Assembly (NCBI GenBank): GCA_964016885.1
Contig: OZ024747.1
Span: 41,478,001 to 41,542,000, forward strand
Length of the DNA: 64,000 nt
Origin: Eledone cirrhosa
Taxonomy: Eukaryota
Direction of reading: 5' to 3'
Part shown: piece by piece, positions 26,501 to 38,037 of the stretch
How the letters are laid out: each line of letters opens with the position of its first letter
Numbering within the stretch: the stretch's first letter is position 1
Program-made: the position numbers and the translations under genes
The notes under the pieces: model-generated
What the model was told of the DNA's origin: nothing
Databases searched by the model: none
Seen by the model: the letters and a program-made list of their open reading frames with translations, nothing else

Positions 26501-29500
26501 AACTCAGCATCAACACTGTCATAAGCTCGACGTTTGACAGGATTTCCTAGTATTTCGTATGCTATAAAGACATAAGAAACAGAAAGTTAAGAGCAAATAA
26601 AGAAATATTTCACATTTCTATGTTAAATGTTTTTATACCAATCCACCTGAAATGACCAGTGGTTTCAACTAGTCGGGTAGTTTTGACTAAGTGCTACACT
26701 CACAGCTCATTCACAACTTACAATCTATATCGTGATATCAGTTAAAATTAAACCAATATGTTTTTGATGAAATGTGTCTGTATTCAATTGCCCATTAACT
26801 TTATCTCACACTTTACTATTCTCTTTCACCTATAAAACTCTACCACTACACTACACCACTCATATTTGTGACTCTACCACCCATTATCATTATCTCTATT
26901 GAGTGTGGGTATAAGTTCTTTCACTACACCACCACCTCACTCACATCCACATATCTACCACAACACCTATTACCCTTATCACTACACCACCACACATTAT
27001 CCCCACCTCAACACAACCACAACACCTATTACCATTATCACAACACCTCTCCCTCACTACACCACCACCCATTATTATCACTCTGCCTCTCCCACTATAT
27101 CTAACTCCCATGAAAACATGTGTGCCGAGAGCATCAGATCCCTCCATTTTTAGTGCCATCACTCTTCATTACTAACCATCATTCACTCTGTCTCATAGCG
27201 ACTCTTTCTTAACATTTACCCATCACTTATACCCACACTCAATACCCTCACTCTTCATTACTAACCATCATTAAGACTCAACTGTCATCTACTTGTTTCA
27301 CCATCATACTTCTGTGGTAAGAAACTCAGAGTAGAGCTGGGCAGCAGATGCTCTTCAGAGAAGACACCTCCCCTCAAGCAAATGTTTCAGCCCTTAACTT
27401 CTCCATCATACTTCTGTTATAAACCATCACTAGTTCCCTCCTACCATCACACATCTGTTGCTCAACCTCCTATCAACAACCAATGTCCCTCTTCCTCCAT
27501 ACTGCTATATCATTATTTCCTCCTCTACAATCCCTTTTTCCAACATGAAACTTGTAGCTATCATCCATTACTCTCACAATCATATTTCTCTGTTGCTATC
27601 CACCATTAGCTCTCTCCTATCATAACAGAACCCTATTGCTCAAACTCCTACCAACAACCAACATGTAGCTTCTAATGTCTCTCTCCCTTACCTATCATAA
27701 TTTCCTCCTTCATACTCCCACTTTCTCATAGTTATCATCTACTTAGCACCAGGCTCACTGCACTTCAAATTGAAACCATGCCCAGGTTAACTGTGCCTTT
27801 CATCTTTTAGAGGTTAAAAATCCAATGCTGAGGTGAATTCTTCTTCTTTATCATTTTCCCTTTTTTTTCTGGAAGAAATCATCTGTGTTCTGACCTAGAG
27901 AGAGATGGGCTCTGTCAAGTTTAAAAATGCACAAGATGCTATGTGCCCCTATGATTCCATCAAGAGTTAAGGACCCTAATGCTCTAGACGTTGTGACATG
28001 ATGGTGCCACTAGGATTTCATTGAGTAAAGGACCCTAATGCACTAGATACAGCTTCATGATGGCACCCCTATGATTTTATTGAAAGTTAAGGACTCTAAT
28101 GCACTATACGTTGTGTCGTGATGGCACCACCATGATTCTATCAAGAGTTAAGGACCCTAATGCACTATACGATGTGTCATGATGGCGCCACTATGATTTT
28201 ATTGAGTTAAGGACTCTAATGCACAAGACACTGCTGTGTGTCATGATGGTGCCCTTATCTATCAAGAGTGAAAGACCATAATCATTTAACCTGTGTACAG
28301 CTTATGTAGTATAGAAAGTGCATGTTTTTTCTTGTTTTTCGCATTGTTCAACTGCTAAGTAGTAATGATGTTCCTTGTTAGCTACACAATACAATACCAT
28401 GGATGTGATTGGAACTCCTAACTGCATGATCAACATGGAATGGATCTGTGTCAGTTTCAACAATGAATGTTGTCGTTTGATAAACACAACAGCTTGCTCA
28501 TGAATTAGCATTCCACAGACACATATGCCCTTAAAATAATTCTTAGGGAGATTCAGCATGACAATGTGTGACAAGGTTCACCCTTAAAATTAAAGGTATA
28601 GTCTATTTAATGGGTGTCTAACAGTTTCTGGTTACCCAGTTTCACTCATAAGGCATGTGTCAATGGTTAACAGCACATCTTTAAAAAACCCAGTAAGCAG
28701 GCTTTCTTGTGGAAGAATCAAAGAAAAATAATGGAAACTCACTTTCTACTTTGTATCATTTAGACATCATCACAACTCCCAACTATTAGCGCTGGAGCCA
28801 AGATGAAACACACAGTCCCACCTGCAAAGATGTAGTGCCAAGTCTACCTTGTATCACAATAAAATGTACCCAGTCAACCATGTAAAGTGGTAGTACTGGT
28901 GCCATGATAAAATGCACCCAGTCCATCCTGTAAAGTGGTAGTGCTGGTGCCACAATAAAACGCACCCAGTCCATCCTGTAAATTGGAAGTGCTGGTGCCA
29001 TGATAAGATGTACCCAGTACATCTTTTAATGTGGATGATGTTAGGAAGGGCATCCAGCCATAGAAACCATGATAAATTAGAACATTGAAGCATCTGGTTT
29101 CGAACATGACAACCTATCCAACCGAAGTTAGCATGGAAAGTAAACAAAGACAACAATGATGATGCTGATTACATTCATGATAAAAGATGATAGATCCTTT
29201 TTTATTAGTTTAATCAAATAATGTCACAACACCTACCTTTAGATATACAGGTAAAATAATCATCATCTTTTACAATAGTGCCCAACTTTCTTCGTTTGTC
29301 AGGATGATGTTTCAAGACTTTTGCTTTGTCTGAAAAACAATATATAAATGTATATATGTATGTGTAAGTTTTAGTAAGTAAGAAAGAAGACCCCTGTTAC
29401 CATCAGGGAAATGGCCCAGCTTGATATACAGAAAAGGTGAAAGTGATGATGAAAGAGAGAGATATCAATACAGCAATAGCTAATACTTACAGGCTTTTTT

Positions 29501-32500
29501 AATATGGTTGGCAGTGGCATTTATACGTAACTTTTTGAGACCAAGGACAGCATAATGGTCTTGATTCTGCAACAGACATAAGATGTTTAGAAATCATTCT
29601 ACATGGAAAATTGTTGTAATGTTGAAAATATCTGACAAATTAAGATATATGCTAGTCACTAATATGGTCGATGTTGTTGTTTAACTCCTTAGCATTTACA
29701 TTACTGGAAATGTCATTATGAGAGACTGATGAATGTTGAGAACGAATGGGAGAGAGAGAAACTACCTCCAGTAGACCCAACAGAGGGACCCGCTATTGAG
29801 ATTGAGCACTGCAGGGTCAAAGAGGCATTTAAGGAAATGAAAAATGGTAAGGCTGCTAGACCGTCAGGAAAAGGAGTTGGCATAAATTCTATAAAATGTA
29901 CATAATGCAGATCTTGGATAGACGAGATGTAGTGGGATAGCAGGCAAACTAACAAGTCAGGAAAACTACATATGCAGTAGATATTCAGGGAAATTTGACA
30001 GTAGAAGTCGCAGTGGTAGACACATTTTTCAAATGCGGGTAGGATCTATAGAGGTGGTTGATAGCTTCCGGTACCTAGGTGATCAGATTAGCATGGGAGG
30101 GAGGGGGGGGGGGGGGTTCCGAGGCTATAGTATCTAGAATAAGGATGGGTTGGAAGAAGTTTAGGGAGTTGCTCACAAAGAAGGGTTTCTCCCTACGAAC
30201 AAAAGGCCGGTTATATGATGCCTGTGTGAGATGCGCGATGCTGCATGGTAATGGGACATGGGCAGCAACTGCAGAAGATATGCGACGGCTGGAGAGAAAT
30301 GAAGCAAGCATGCTCCGTTGCATGAATGACCAAGCATAGATGAGTTGAGAGAGAAACTGTATATAAGAGGGATAAGCTGTAGTGTGCGGCAGAGAAGACT
30401 GCATTGGTATGGACATGTGATGCGCATGGAGTATGACCACTGGGTAAAGAAGTGCCAAGAAATTCCAGTAGTAGGAAGACGCAGTAGAGGAAGACCACGA
30501 AAAACATGGGCGGAGGTGGTGAGAGCTAATCACAGATCGCTGAAGCTCACAGAGGAGATGACGAAGGACTGTGACGGGTGGAGAGATGCTGTGCTGAATA
30601 GGACCCGTCCCACCCTTGCAAGCAGGGAAAAGCGGACGTAAAATGATGATGATGATGATTACTCTATATTTACTATTGTATTTTTGTGGTAAAGGCTTTA
30701 TCTCACATAAAATCAAACTACAAGATTTTGATGTTACTTATTTCGAGAACAATACCTTATCATTGGTTTAATTGACCAGTTCTGGTTGTTTTTGAACAGA
30801 AAGAGGTGAGAGAATTCTGGCTGGATATGGCCGGTTTAAATGCTAAAGGGTTAATCCCAGTTTAACTCTGATTGAGCAGACCTATATTATCCTCATTTAA
30901 CGTCTGCTTTCTCTGCTAAATTGCATTATCATCAAAGATATTCCAACAATGAAAATACTGTGTGTAGGTTTGTGCTAACTGGAATGGACCTCAGTTGGTT
31001 TCCAGGTGTTCGATCAACAGAACAGCCTATTCATGAAATGAATGTCTAAGTGGCTGAGCATTCCACAGACGTGTGCTCCTAACGCAGTTCTTGGAGAAAT
31101 GCAGCATGAGGCAGTGTGTGACAAGACTGACCTTTTGAATTACAGGTACAGTCCATCAGATAGGTTTGCAAAGTTTCTGTCTAACCAATTTCACTCACAA
31201 GACATGGGTCAACCTGAGGCTATGGTAAATTACACTTGCCCAAGATTGAACCCAAATTGGATTTGGAACCAAAAGAGGCAACATGAAGGCTTTATCAGCA
31301 AGAATAGTATTTACAGAATGGTTAATGATAGGAAGAATATCCATCTAGATAGATAGTAGCTCTAACATAAAATGATTCATAATATACTTATACCTTCATA
31401 TACACCTCCATTATACTATAGAATTTGTTCTCTCCAGTTCCTAGAGAGCTGAGTGGAAAATGTTTATAGTTGACCCTTCTGCGATTATATTCCTTATCAA
31501 TTGCACTGTAGTTCAATTAATTAATTATTTTATTATTAAGATGGTATTTGTAACATAATTTAATAAAAGGCTTTTATGTTGAAAGGATTTAATTTAAATA
31601 GGATGGTTTTGTTTCATAGAAATAGGGGAACTTTTGGGGCATGTTGATATGAAAAGGGCTAACACTTTAAGTCTCTCCCTTGACACTAAGTCATCATGTA
31701 ACTAACATATAAATGCCTGCAACTCTCATTTAGTGCTATGCAACACTACTTATTGGCCATTGATATTAAAAGACAAACAAAAGGGGAATATTTGGTAAAT
31801 AAATACACCTTCCATTCACGAGGATCAAGGCTGAAAAGTAGAGTTTCATCTTCGTCATCAGGTAGTTCATCTTCACTTGAGCCAGACTCTGAATCATCCA
31901 GGTCATTCCCATCAAAGTGTTCATGAGAATGTCTATGGTGAAACTGTATTTGGAACTGTTCAAATGAGCGACCAACTGGTTCAATAAACAGCTCTAGTGG
32001 GGCTGAAAAAGATACATATATATATATATATAAATGTCACAACAAAAAAAGCACCTAGTTCACCTTATAAGGTGGTTGTGCTGGTAACACAACAAAATAA
32101 CACCCAGTTCCCTCTGTAAGGTGGTTGTGCTAGTGCTGTGATAAAAAAGCACCCAATTTACCCTTTAAGGTGGTTATGCTGGTAAAACAAAAAAAACACC
32201 AAGTCCCCTCTGTAAGGTGGTCACGCTGGTACTATGACAAAAGCACCCAGTCCACTTGTAAGGTGGTCATGCTGGTAACACATAAAAAAAACACCCTGTA
32301 AAGTAGTTGTACTGGGACCAGGATAAAAATGTACCCAGTCCACTCTGTAAGGTAGCCATAGTGGTGCAATGACAAAAAAGCACCCAGTCCACCCTATGTG
32401 GTTAGGGTTAGGAACAGCATCCAGCCATAGAAAACCAAGCCCAAAATGGAGCATATGAGCTATCAGTCTAGTCTCATATATTAGCTTGTCTAATCCATGT

Positions 32501-34643
32501 AAGCATGAGAAAGAGACATTAAACAACGATGATGAAGATATACTTAAGATTATATAATAATGTTTTCACATTGCTTATAACTGGACAGATTTTACAGCCA
32601 AAACCAACTAGGACACACAGAGATAGACACCGAGCAAGATAGTTGGATAACATCCATGAGCTTGGCTGGTCATGCTTGGGGATCCGGCCAGATCAGTTAA
32701 AGACGATTGCTTCTGACAGGACCCGCTGGAGGAAGTGTTTAAGGACTCTGCCCCCACAAGCCTCTCAGGAATAAGTGGACGAAGAAGTTTATAGCTTCCC
32801 TTCACAAACAATGCCAACATTGTCTTTTTATAGACAGCACCTACACTCATGTATACTGTGGTTTACAATATCAAGTGTTACTCGTGAGGGTGCTTGGATA
32901 TTTCAGTACCTTAGTCTCACCATCACACATGATAAAGTTTCAAGCATGTTGACTTGCCTCAAAAAGTATTAGAGGGAGGTTCTGATGCCCCTTGTGGTGT
33001 GTGACCAATTAACATAGTATTAAAGTTTTTTTCACTTTGATTGTATATTTTTGTGTATTATATTTATTTATAAGGTTCCATGAATTCTATTTTTATGCGA
33101 AACATCATGATTATAATATATTATTTGTGTGTATATTTTCATTAGTAAGAATTATAAACAATTTGTAATGTTATTTATACAACTGTAAATAAAATTAGTT
33201 CTGAAACCTAGAGCAATTATTCAATAACACTGACGTAATTAAGCCTGATGAAAGTTTTTTTCTATCCTTGTCAGTCTCCAAGTTACTACACATCTTCAGA
33301 GTTAGTCTCTCGTGTGAATTCTCGTCGTTCCTGCAACTCTTAGACAACCTAATCTTCGAGAATTTCGTACGTTTGCTTAGCTTTCGACTACACTTAGATT
33401 GTGTTGCCTAAACGAATCGGGAGCCTATGTCTACGTAAATGCTCATTTCTATCTCTACCCTGCTTCAATTCATGTGATCCTCTCTTGTGTGGGTAACATC
33501 TCCTTTCCAATACGGACTAGCTCCAACAGGAACGTTCATAAAGATCTACTACAGAAGAGAGGGCTGGGTTTGCCAGTTCCGAGCAGAATAAATTGACTCA
33601 GAGAGTTTGAGATAATCTAAAAAAATACATTTTCGACTCTTTTTTACCAATTCAATCAATATTTGAGGTAGGGGGGGGGGGGGGGGGCTGAGCCGCTGAC
33701 AAGGAATATTTTGTCATAGTCTTAAACAAGTATCGTGCTTGGCTATATCAGAAGCTTAGCTTGGCTATTACCCTTGGTAATGCTGAATTTTGGTTTACCT
33801 CAAAAATTATTTTGAAGACAACTCCAGCATTACTTATTGTAACGTATAATTAAGTGCACATGTCTTCTCTCATTTTTTTTTCTTTCTGACGATTTTTATA
33901 CTGGTTTGTTTCTTTTGTAAATCAAATAAATTGAATATGATCTTATTCAAGGACACTAGGGTCTGATTATAGTTTAAACACCAACCCTTATTTTAAAGTG
34001 ATACCCGTTTACTGAGGTAGCATTACATAACTATATTAATGGATGTGGGTGAGTTAAGCGAAGGCAGTTTCCAAACAGACATGAAACATACTTTTTCCGA
34101 GGGTAATAGGTAAAAATAGGTAATCTAAAAGTAAGTGAAATCCTCACAAACTGGGGTTAAAATCAAGTAACTGATCTGGAGTACAGGTAGAAATAAGGAA
34201 GTGATAGCAACCAACAATTCCGTTACTACAAATATAGCGGACGCACGTGTTTCTTTTTTAGAATAGAGAAAACAGGACAGCCAGAGTTTAACAACTATTT
34301 TTGTTGCCTGTTTAAAACGAATAAACAATCTTGGTGATTATTTCAAGATTTTAATTCATTTATACATATTACATATCCTGAAATAAAATCTTTAAGTATT
34401 ACTTTTAAACAAGTGATGGCATTGAAAGAATGTATTGCATATGTTAACATATTAACAGAACAGACATAACTACCAGAATAATATATATATATATATACAT
34501 ATTATTCTGGTAGTTATATATATATAATAGAAATATGAATAAGATAAAATGTGAAAGTTTGACGTTGAAAATGTACAAATAGTTTGTTTACCTGATACCT
34601 CTCCCAAAATAGTGATTTCGTCTTCTACAGTGTCCGGTAGCAT
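2527..34643 (-). CDS. DNAJC2: DnaJ homolog subfamily C member 2 (MPP11/ZRF1/zuotin), 18 coding exons, 619 aa
   Basis: Hand-spliced exons total 1860 nt with GT-AG introns and matching phases. Translation contains [28 protein letters not shown] (J-domain HPD), [30 protein letters not shown] and two SANT repeats ([23 protein letters not shown]; [19 protein letters not shown]), ending [11 protein letters not shown]. Confidence 0.97.
3525..3647 (-). mobile_element. Mariner-derived MITE fragment
   Basis: End TACGAGGGTCGACTGAAAAGTTCATAGGCTGAC shared with 25626 and 38760; those copies include gggactatgttgaaaaataa (GDYVEK*, a mariner transposase C-terminus). Confidence 0.6.
4571..4749 (-). CDS. DNAJC2: DNAJC2 exon 17 (SANT2)
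   Basis: ORF track 4562..4783 contains [35 protein letters not shown]; 179 nt. Confidence 0.97.
5032..5370 (-). mobile_element. tRNA-headed CORE-like SINE with RTE-derived tail
   Basis: A box TGGCTTAGTGG, B-box-like GAGTTCAATTC, CCTTGAGCAAGACACTT core, (ATG)n tail; near-identical copies at 38038, 41370, 42978, 45520. Confidence 0.9.
5585..6705 (+). mobile_element. 5'-truncated RTE LINE (subfamily B)
   Basis: Closely matches 23190-24418; ORFs 5607 and 5930; (GAT)n tail. Confidence 0.93.
6990..7420 (-). mobile_element. Old RTE-type LINE fragment
   Basis: ORF 7112..7396 ([27 protein letters not shown]) resembles the RTE EN-RT linker. Confidence 0.55.
7775..7891 (-). CDS. DNAJC2: DNAJC2 exon 16 ([13 protein letters not shown]...SQRYE)
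   Basis: 117 nt, AG/GT ends. Confidence 0.93.
8030..8742 (-). repeat. SINE/RTE tail copies with ~48-bp internal tandem amplification
   Basis: Repeated gaccactttacagtgtggactgggtgctttt units. Confidence 0.75.
8782..8879 (-). CDS. DNAJC2: DNAJC2 exon 15 (WEVIANFI...[11 protein letters not shown])
   Basis: 98 nt, AG/GT ends. Confidence 0.95.
9924..10090 (-). CDS. DNAJC2: DNAJC2 exon 14 (start of SANT1: DWTELE...LFPAGTRD)
   Basis: 167 nt, gtgagt donor, AAG acceptor. Confidence 0.93.
10887..11028. mobile_element. hAT-type MITE with 8-bp TSD
   Basis: CAG..CTG imperfect TIRs; perfect TSD ATCTAAAT at 10879-10886 and 11029-11036. Confidence 0.8.
11163..11450 (+). mobile_element. Second SINE family (TTTGCCTTTCATCC...GATAAAAT..TACCAGT domain), partly duplicated
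   Basis: GAGTTCAAATCC B box; minus-strand copies at ~45160-45340 and ~47590-47777, relatives at ~24420 and ~26085. Confidence 0.75.
11697..11766 (-). CDS. DNAJC2: DNAJC2 exon 13 (LQSLNEAL...FLEK)
   Basis: 70 nt, AG/GT ends. Confidence 0.93.
11980..12420. repeat. 48-bp minisatellite (~9 units) grown out of a SINE/RTE tail
   Basis: Unit accagcattactactttacagagtgaactaggagcattttattgtggc; produces the spurious repeat ORF 11966..12436. Confidence 0.88.
12649..12737 (-). CDS. DNAJC2: DNAJC2 exon 12 (ENDYF...[11 protein letters not shown])
   Basis: 89 nt, gtgagt donor. Confidence 0.94.
12961..13041 (-). CDS. DNAJC2: DNAJC2 exon 11 (AAAAKKEKD...LRNIVK)
   Basis: 81 nt, phase 0-0. Confidence 0.93.
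13377..15430 (-). mobile_element. Decayed RTE LINE (subfamily C)
   Basis: Fragments containing [29 protein letters not shown]; (ATG)n tail at ~13377. Confidence 0.92.
15451..15519 (-). CDS. DNAJC2: DNAJC2 exon 10 ([14 protein letters not shown]...)
   Basis: 69 nt charged helix, phase 0-0. Confidence 0.92.
16549..16670 (-). CDS. DNAJC2: DNAJC2 exon 9 (NAYACDPRV...EEEER)
   Basis: 122 nt, AG/GT ends. Confidence 0.95.
17057..17148 (-). CDS. DNAJC2: DNAJC2 exon 8 ([12 protein letters not shown]...RIRQLV)
   Basis: 92 nt, AG/GT ends. Confidence 0.96.
17877..18046. mobile_element. 170-bp inverted-repeat element (MITE-like)
   Basis: cagtgcttcccctgctctctgctgga versus tccgacagagagcagggagagcactg; no TSD seen. 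Confidence 0.6.
18204..18269 (-). CDS. DNAJC2: DNAJC2 exon 7 ([21 protein letters not shown])
   Basis: 66 nt, conserved zuotin motif. Confidence 0.96.
18928..19209. mobile_element. hAT-type MITE
   Basis: TIRs CAGAGGCAGAACTAGGG / CCCTAGTTACACCTCTG; 8-bp flanks cctatggc / catatggc (7 of 8 match). Confidence 0.78.
19333..20568 (+). repeat. 321-bp tandem repeat, 3 full units plus one 273-bp partial unit
   Basis: Units start at 19333, 19654, 19975 and 20296 and are nearly identical. Confidence 0.97.
20721..23915 (+). pseudogene. RTE ORF (APE endonuclease, RT, PHD-type finger), ~1064 codons with one internal TGA
   Basis: TMNVGTL, CIQETRW, GDLNG, VDYIL, SQHR (APE); [21 protein letters not shown] (RT); ORFs 20721..23423 and 23478..23915 share a frame. 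Confidence 0.95.
25465..25545 (-). CDS. DNAJC2: DNAJC2 exon 6 ([11 protein letters not shown]...FYSF)
   Basis: 81 nt, gtaagt donor. Confidence 0.96.
25626..25770 (+). mobile_element. Mariner-derived MITE fragment
   Basis: Matches 38760-38890; ends in gggactatgttgaaaaataa (GDYVEK*). Confidence 0.6.
26417..26561 (-). CDS. DNAJC2: DNAJC2 exon 5 ([17 protein letters not shown]...FERNS)
   Basis: 145 nt, AG/GT ends, phase consistent. Confidence 0.96.
27937..28280. repeat. ~61-62-bp minisatellite, ~5.5 units
   Basis: Recurring gagttaaggaccctaatgcacta..gtcatgatggc..ctatgattt. Confidence 0.85.
29237..29329 (-). CDS. DNAJC2: DNAJC2 exon 4 ([12 protein letters not shown]...YFTCISK)
   Basis: HPD motif, 93 nt, AG/GT ends. 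Confidence 0.97.
29491..29566 (-). CDS. DNAJC2: DNAJC2 exon 3 ([10 protein letters not shown]...)
   Basis: J-domain helix I, 76 nt, gtaagt donor. Confidence 0.96.
29685..30850. mobile_element. piggyBac-type MITE (TTAA flanks) interrupted by an RTE copy
   Basis: ttaa-CTCCTTAGCATTTA ... TAAATGCTAAAGGG-ttaa (TTAA at 29681-29684 and 30851-30854). Confidence 0.6.
29706..30658 (+). mobile_element. Internally deleted RTE LINE (subfamily C)
   Basis: ORFs 30079 and 30345; (GAT)n tail; possible ATTACT TSD; shares diagnostic deletions with the 13377 copy. Confidence 0.9.
31809..32002 (-). CDS. DNAJC2: DNAJC2 exon 2 ([10 protein letters not shown]...LDPREWK)
   Basis: tttttcag acceptor, AAG/gtgtat donor, 194 nt. 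Confidence 0.95.
32035..32535 (+). repeat. SINE/RTE tail with ~47-bp tandem amplification
   Basis: Repeated aaaagcacccagt..ctgtaaggtggt..tgctggt followed by the canonical tail. Confidence 0.75.
34592..34643 (-). CDS. DNAJC2: DNAJC2 coding exon 1 ([17 protein letters not shown])
   Basis: ATG, 52 nt, donor G/GTAAAC; phase 1 matches exon 2. Confidence 0.8.
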
Positions 34644-37600
34644 GTTTAAGCTTTTTGCAATTAAGGATAAATAAGTGAAAATAAAAAATTTACAATGAAA
34701 GACTTCTTTATAATTATTCTTAATATTATTTAGTTTTGATTTTTGCTCGTTTCGCTTTCAAAACCCGTTGTCGTCGTCGTCTTATTAATTTAGTTTTAAG
34801 GCCGTCCTTTTCTTCAATATTTTAAGTCTGTAGGGATCGATATGATTATTATTATAACGACTAATATGAATGTTGATATTTTTCTTTCGGTCGATTAGCA
34901 ACAGTCTTTCTAAACAAAAACATCGTTACTAATTCTAACACTTAAACACTTCACAAGATTACCATTATCGCTTTGTTAAGTCTTACAACATGAGTTTTTG
35001 GTGTGTGTGTTTTTTTATCACTTCGTTATGACTTTACAAAGCAACCTGTAAACGGCTAAGTTAGAATGGAAAGCAAAATGGATAAATTCTTTATATTATT
35101 GCTGCTTAGCTTTATTGATAAATTAGAGAAGATACGATAAAAAAGAAAAATTTAGTATTTCAATGATCCGAATTGAGAAAGAAGATTAAAACAAAAACAA
35201 AGACAAACATTTTTAGCGAATTATTTGCAACTAACCGGAAGCTGTTTTCAAAACCGGGGACGAGCACCGGTTTGGTTAGAAATTAAAAAAAGACGATTGA
35301 GAAACAGATACTCGTAAAAATAAAACTTTTAACGAAGTACATGATAATTTCCAAATGATTATTTAGTTGTAGAGTCAAATAGAAATAAATGGGACAAACC
35401 TAACGAAAGCTAGGGGAATTCATTTAGCGAATTTCCCGTGTCTTTATTCAATTACGTCATGTTTACGATATAAAACGTGCCGCTTCATGGTTAGTACGTT
35501 CGACTTATGATTGTAAGGTCGTGAGTTCAATCACCACAAGCTCATTGGGTCCTTGAGCAAGCTACTTTATTTCACGTTGTTTTAGTCCACTCACCTGGCT
35601 AGTTGTACCAGTAATTCAGTTCGTGTCACGCTGAATCTCCCTGAGAACTGCGTTAAAGGTGCGCGTGTCTATGGAATGCTCAGCCACCTGCACATTAATT
35701 ACATGAACAGGCTGTTCAGTTTATCAAACAAGTAGAACACTCGTCGTCTTGATCGACGGAGGTCCAGCAACAATGGTTACAAAACAATCAACAAAAAACA
35801 CTACAACAGGTATAAGAGGAATTGGATTTGGTGTGCAAGAGAAAAAAGACTGCATTGGTAGGGACATGTGATATGTGTGTAAGATAAGAGTTGTATAAAG
35901 AAGTGCAGAAAAATCTCAGTGGTTGGAACTCGTGGAAGAAGTAAACCCAGGAAGACATGGGATGAGAGAGTGAAAACTGACAGGAAGAAACTGAACCTCA
36001 CAATGGAGATGGTAAAGGAGTGCAATAATATAACCCATCTATGTTGTGGACATTGAATGCTATTCGCTGCAAGAGACTCGATGGTACATGCACCAGAATG
36101 CTACGCTCAGCAAACAACATCTGGAGACATCATCCAACAAAACTCTGTATGGATCCTTGCCCCTGCATCATCTGACTCTTGCCGGTCATGTCACTCACCC
36201 TGATGAACCTGCTGGATGCAAGAGTTGAGTTGGTCAGGTGTATGAAATCAATCATCAAGATGAACACAGGCTTCAAAGGATTCGATCTGCGTGATAGACT
36301 CTAGACCTCAAACTCTGTTAATTCCTCACCACTGCCTCAAGACATCGGATGACTCAAGAAAAAGATCTACCCCTCCCTCATGACATCACTGTACATCCCA
36401 ATCTATCCATGATCACTTAGTAGCTATTTTTCACCATCACTGTATATGCCCAACCTATTCAGGCTTCATTCTTTAATAGTTATTCTCCCATCACATTACT
36501 ACACTACTTTAACTACATCTTAAATGACCTAGAAGCTACTAACATCACAGTACCTCCCTCGTGCTACAGGGGTCATGCCCCCACCTCAATCCCACCACAC
36601 TTGTTATACACTATGACAACATACTTATTGCCCCTGCTTTCCCACTTTAGAGTAGAGGGGGCTCTACATTTGGAGCAATAATCAACAACTACTCTAGTGC
36701 TGGTGTCACAAAAAATTCACCTAGTACCATCCAAGAGGTCAGTAGCTCTACTTGTGCACTATTCAACCCTTGATGATGAAAAAGGAATGCCTTCTCAAAA
36801 TATTTGGAGCTAGTCAAGACTCAACAACAGCACAGGTGATAGCAAGGCCTAGGTACTGTAATAGCCAAGCTACCTCAAAGCATCCATTGATAGTTCTGTC
36901 AGGTGAACCTCAATGATGACAAAAGCCTCATTGTCAGTGACCAAGTTCACATGAATGATTCAAATACTACAATAAATTATATTTTTCAGCCTGTAACATT
37001 CGTTTGTGGGAGCTGGGGAGTTGACAACAAGGTTTTTATCATTACAATTTGAACATATATGGACACAAAATGACTGAATGGTAAAGAGGTTCACTTCACA
37101 ATCATTAAGTTCCAGATTTAATCCCATTATGTGGCATCTTGGGCAAGTGTAATTTACCATACGTAGCCTTGGGTTGACCCATGCTTTGTTAATAAAACTG
37201 GGTAGACAAAAAACTGCTTGGAAACCCATCAGATAAACTTTACCTATAATTTAAAGGGCTGGCCTTGTCAGATACTTTGTCATGCTTAATCTCCCTGAAA
37301 ATTATATTAAGGGGAATGCTTACACAGTTATTTCATGAACAAGCTGTTCCATTTATGAAACAATTAGAATACTCATTGTCAAAAGCTAGAGGTCCATCAT
37401 ATTTATGAATATTTTAAATCTATATAGATTTTAAAGCATTTTCTCTCTGTCACATGAATGCTACTTTCTGACAAAACTGTTCTAAAATGTTTTCGTTCAT
37501 TTCAGAAGTCAGCATTCTCAGTCTGAGCCCTTCATTGAAATCTTTATAATTACTGTATATATATATTCATTTTTTTGTCTACCCAGTTTCATGCTAGCAT

Positions 37601-38037
37601 GGAAAAATGGACGTTAAATGGTGATGATGATGATAATTATATATATAGTTGGGCATTTTAGTGCCACGATAAAAAGCAAGTATTCCACTGTGTAACATGG
37701 TTGATGTTAGGAAAGGCATCCAGCAATACAAACCAAGCCAAATTACAGATCCATATGAGCAAGACACGGTCACCTGACTTGTCTCATAATTTGACATCCA
37801 TCCCATTTAACCCATGCAAGCATGGAAAAATGGATGTTAAATGATGATGATGATGATGATGATGATGATAATGATATAATTGTTTCTAATTTAGGGACAA
37901 GCCAACAATTTAAATCACCTCCAATACTTGATTGGCACACTATTTTATCAACCTCAGAAGGATGAAAGGCCAAGCTGACCATGACAGGATTTGAACTCAG
38001 AATCAAACAAACCATCAAAGTTCAACATATATATATA

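Noticed and set aside
26840-27730. His/Thr-rich ORFs
   Set aside because: Low-complexity C/A/T-rich intronic DNA
33240-33305. CTGATGA and TCTTCAG motifs in intron 1
   Set aside because: No closing stem II plus GAAA on either strand
35225-35280. DNAJC2 promoter (CCGGAAG ETS-like motif, small hairpin)
   Set aside because: Plausible location, but the TSS and any 5' UTR exon cannot be fixed from sequence alone
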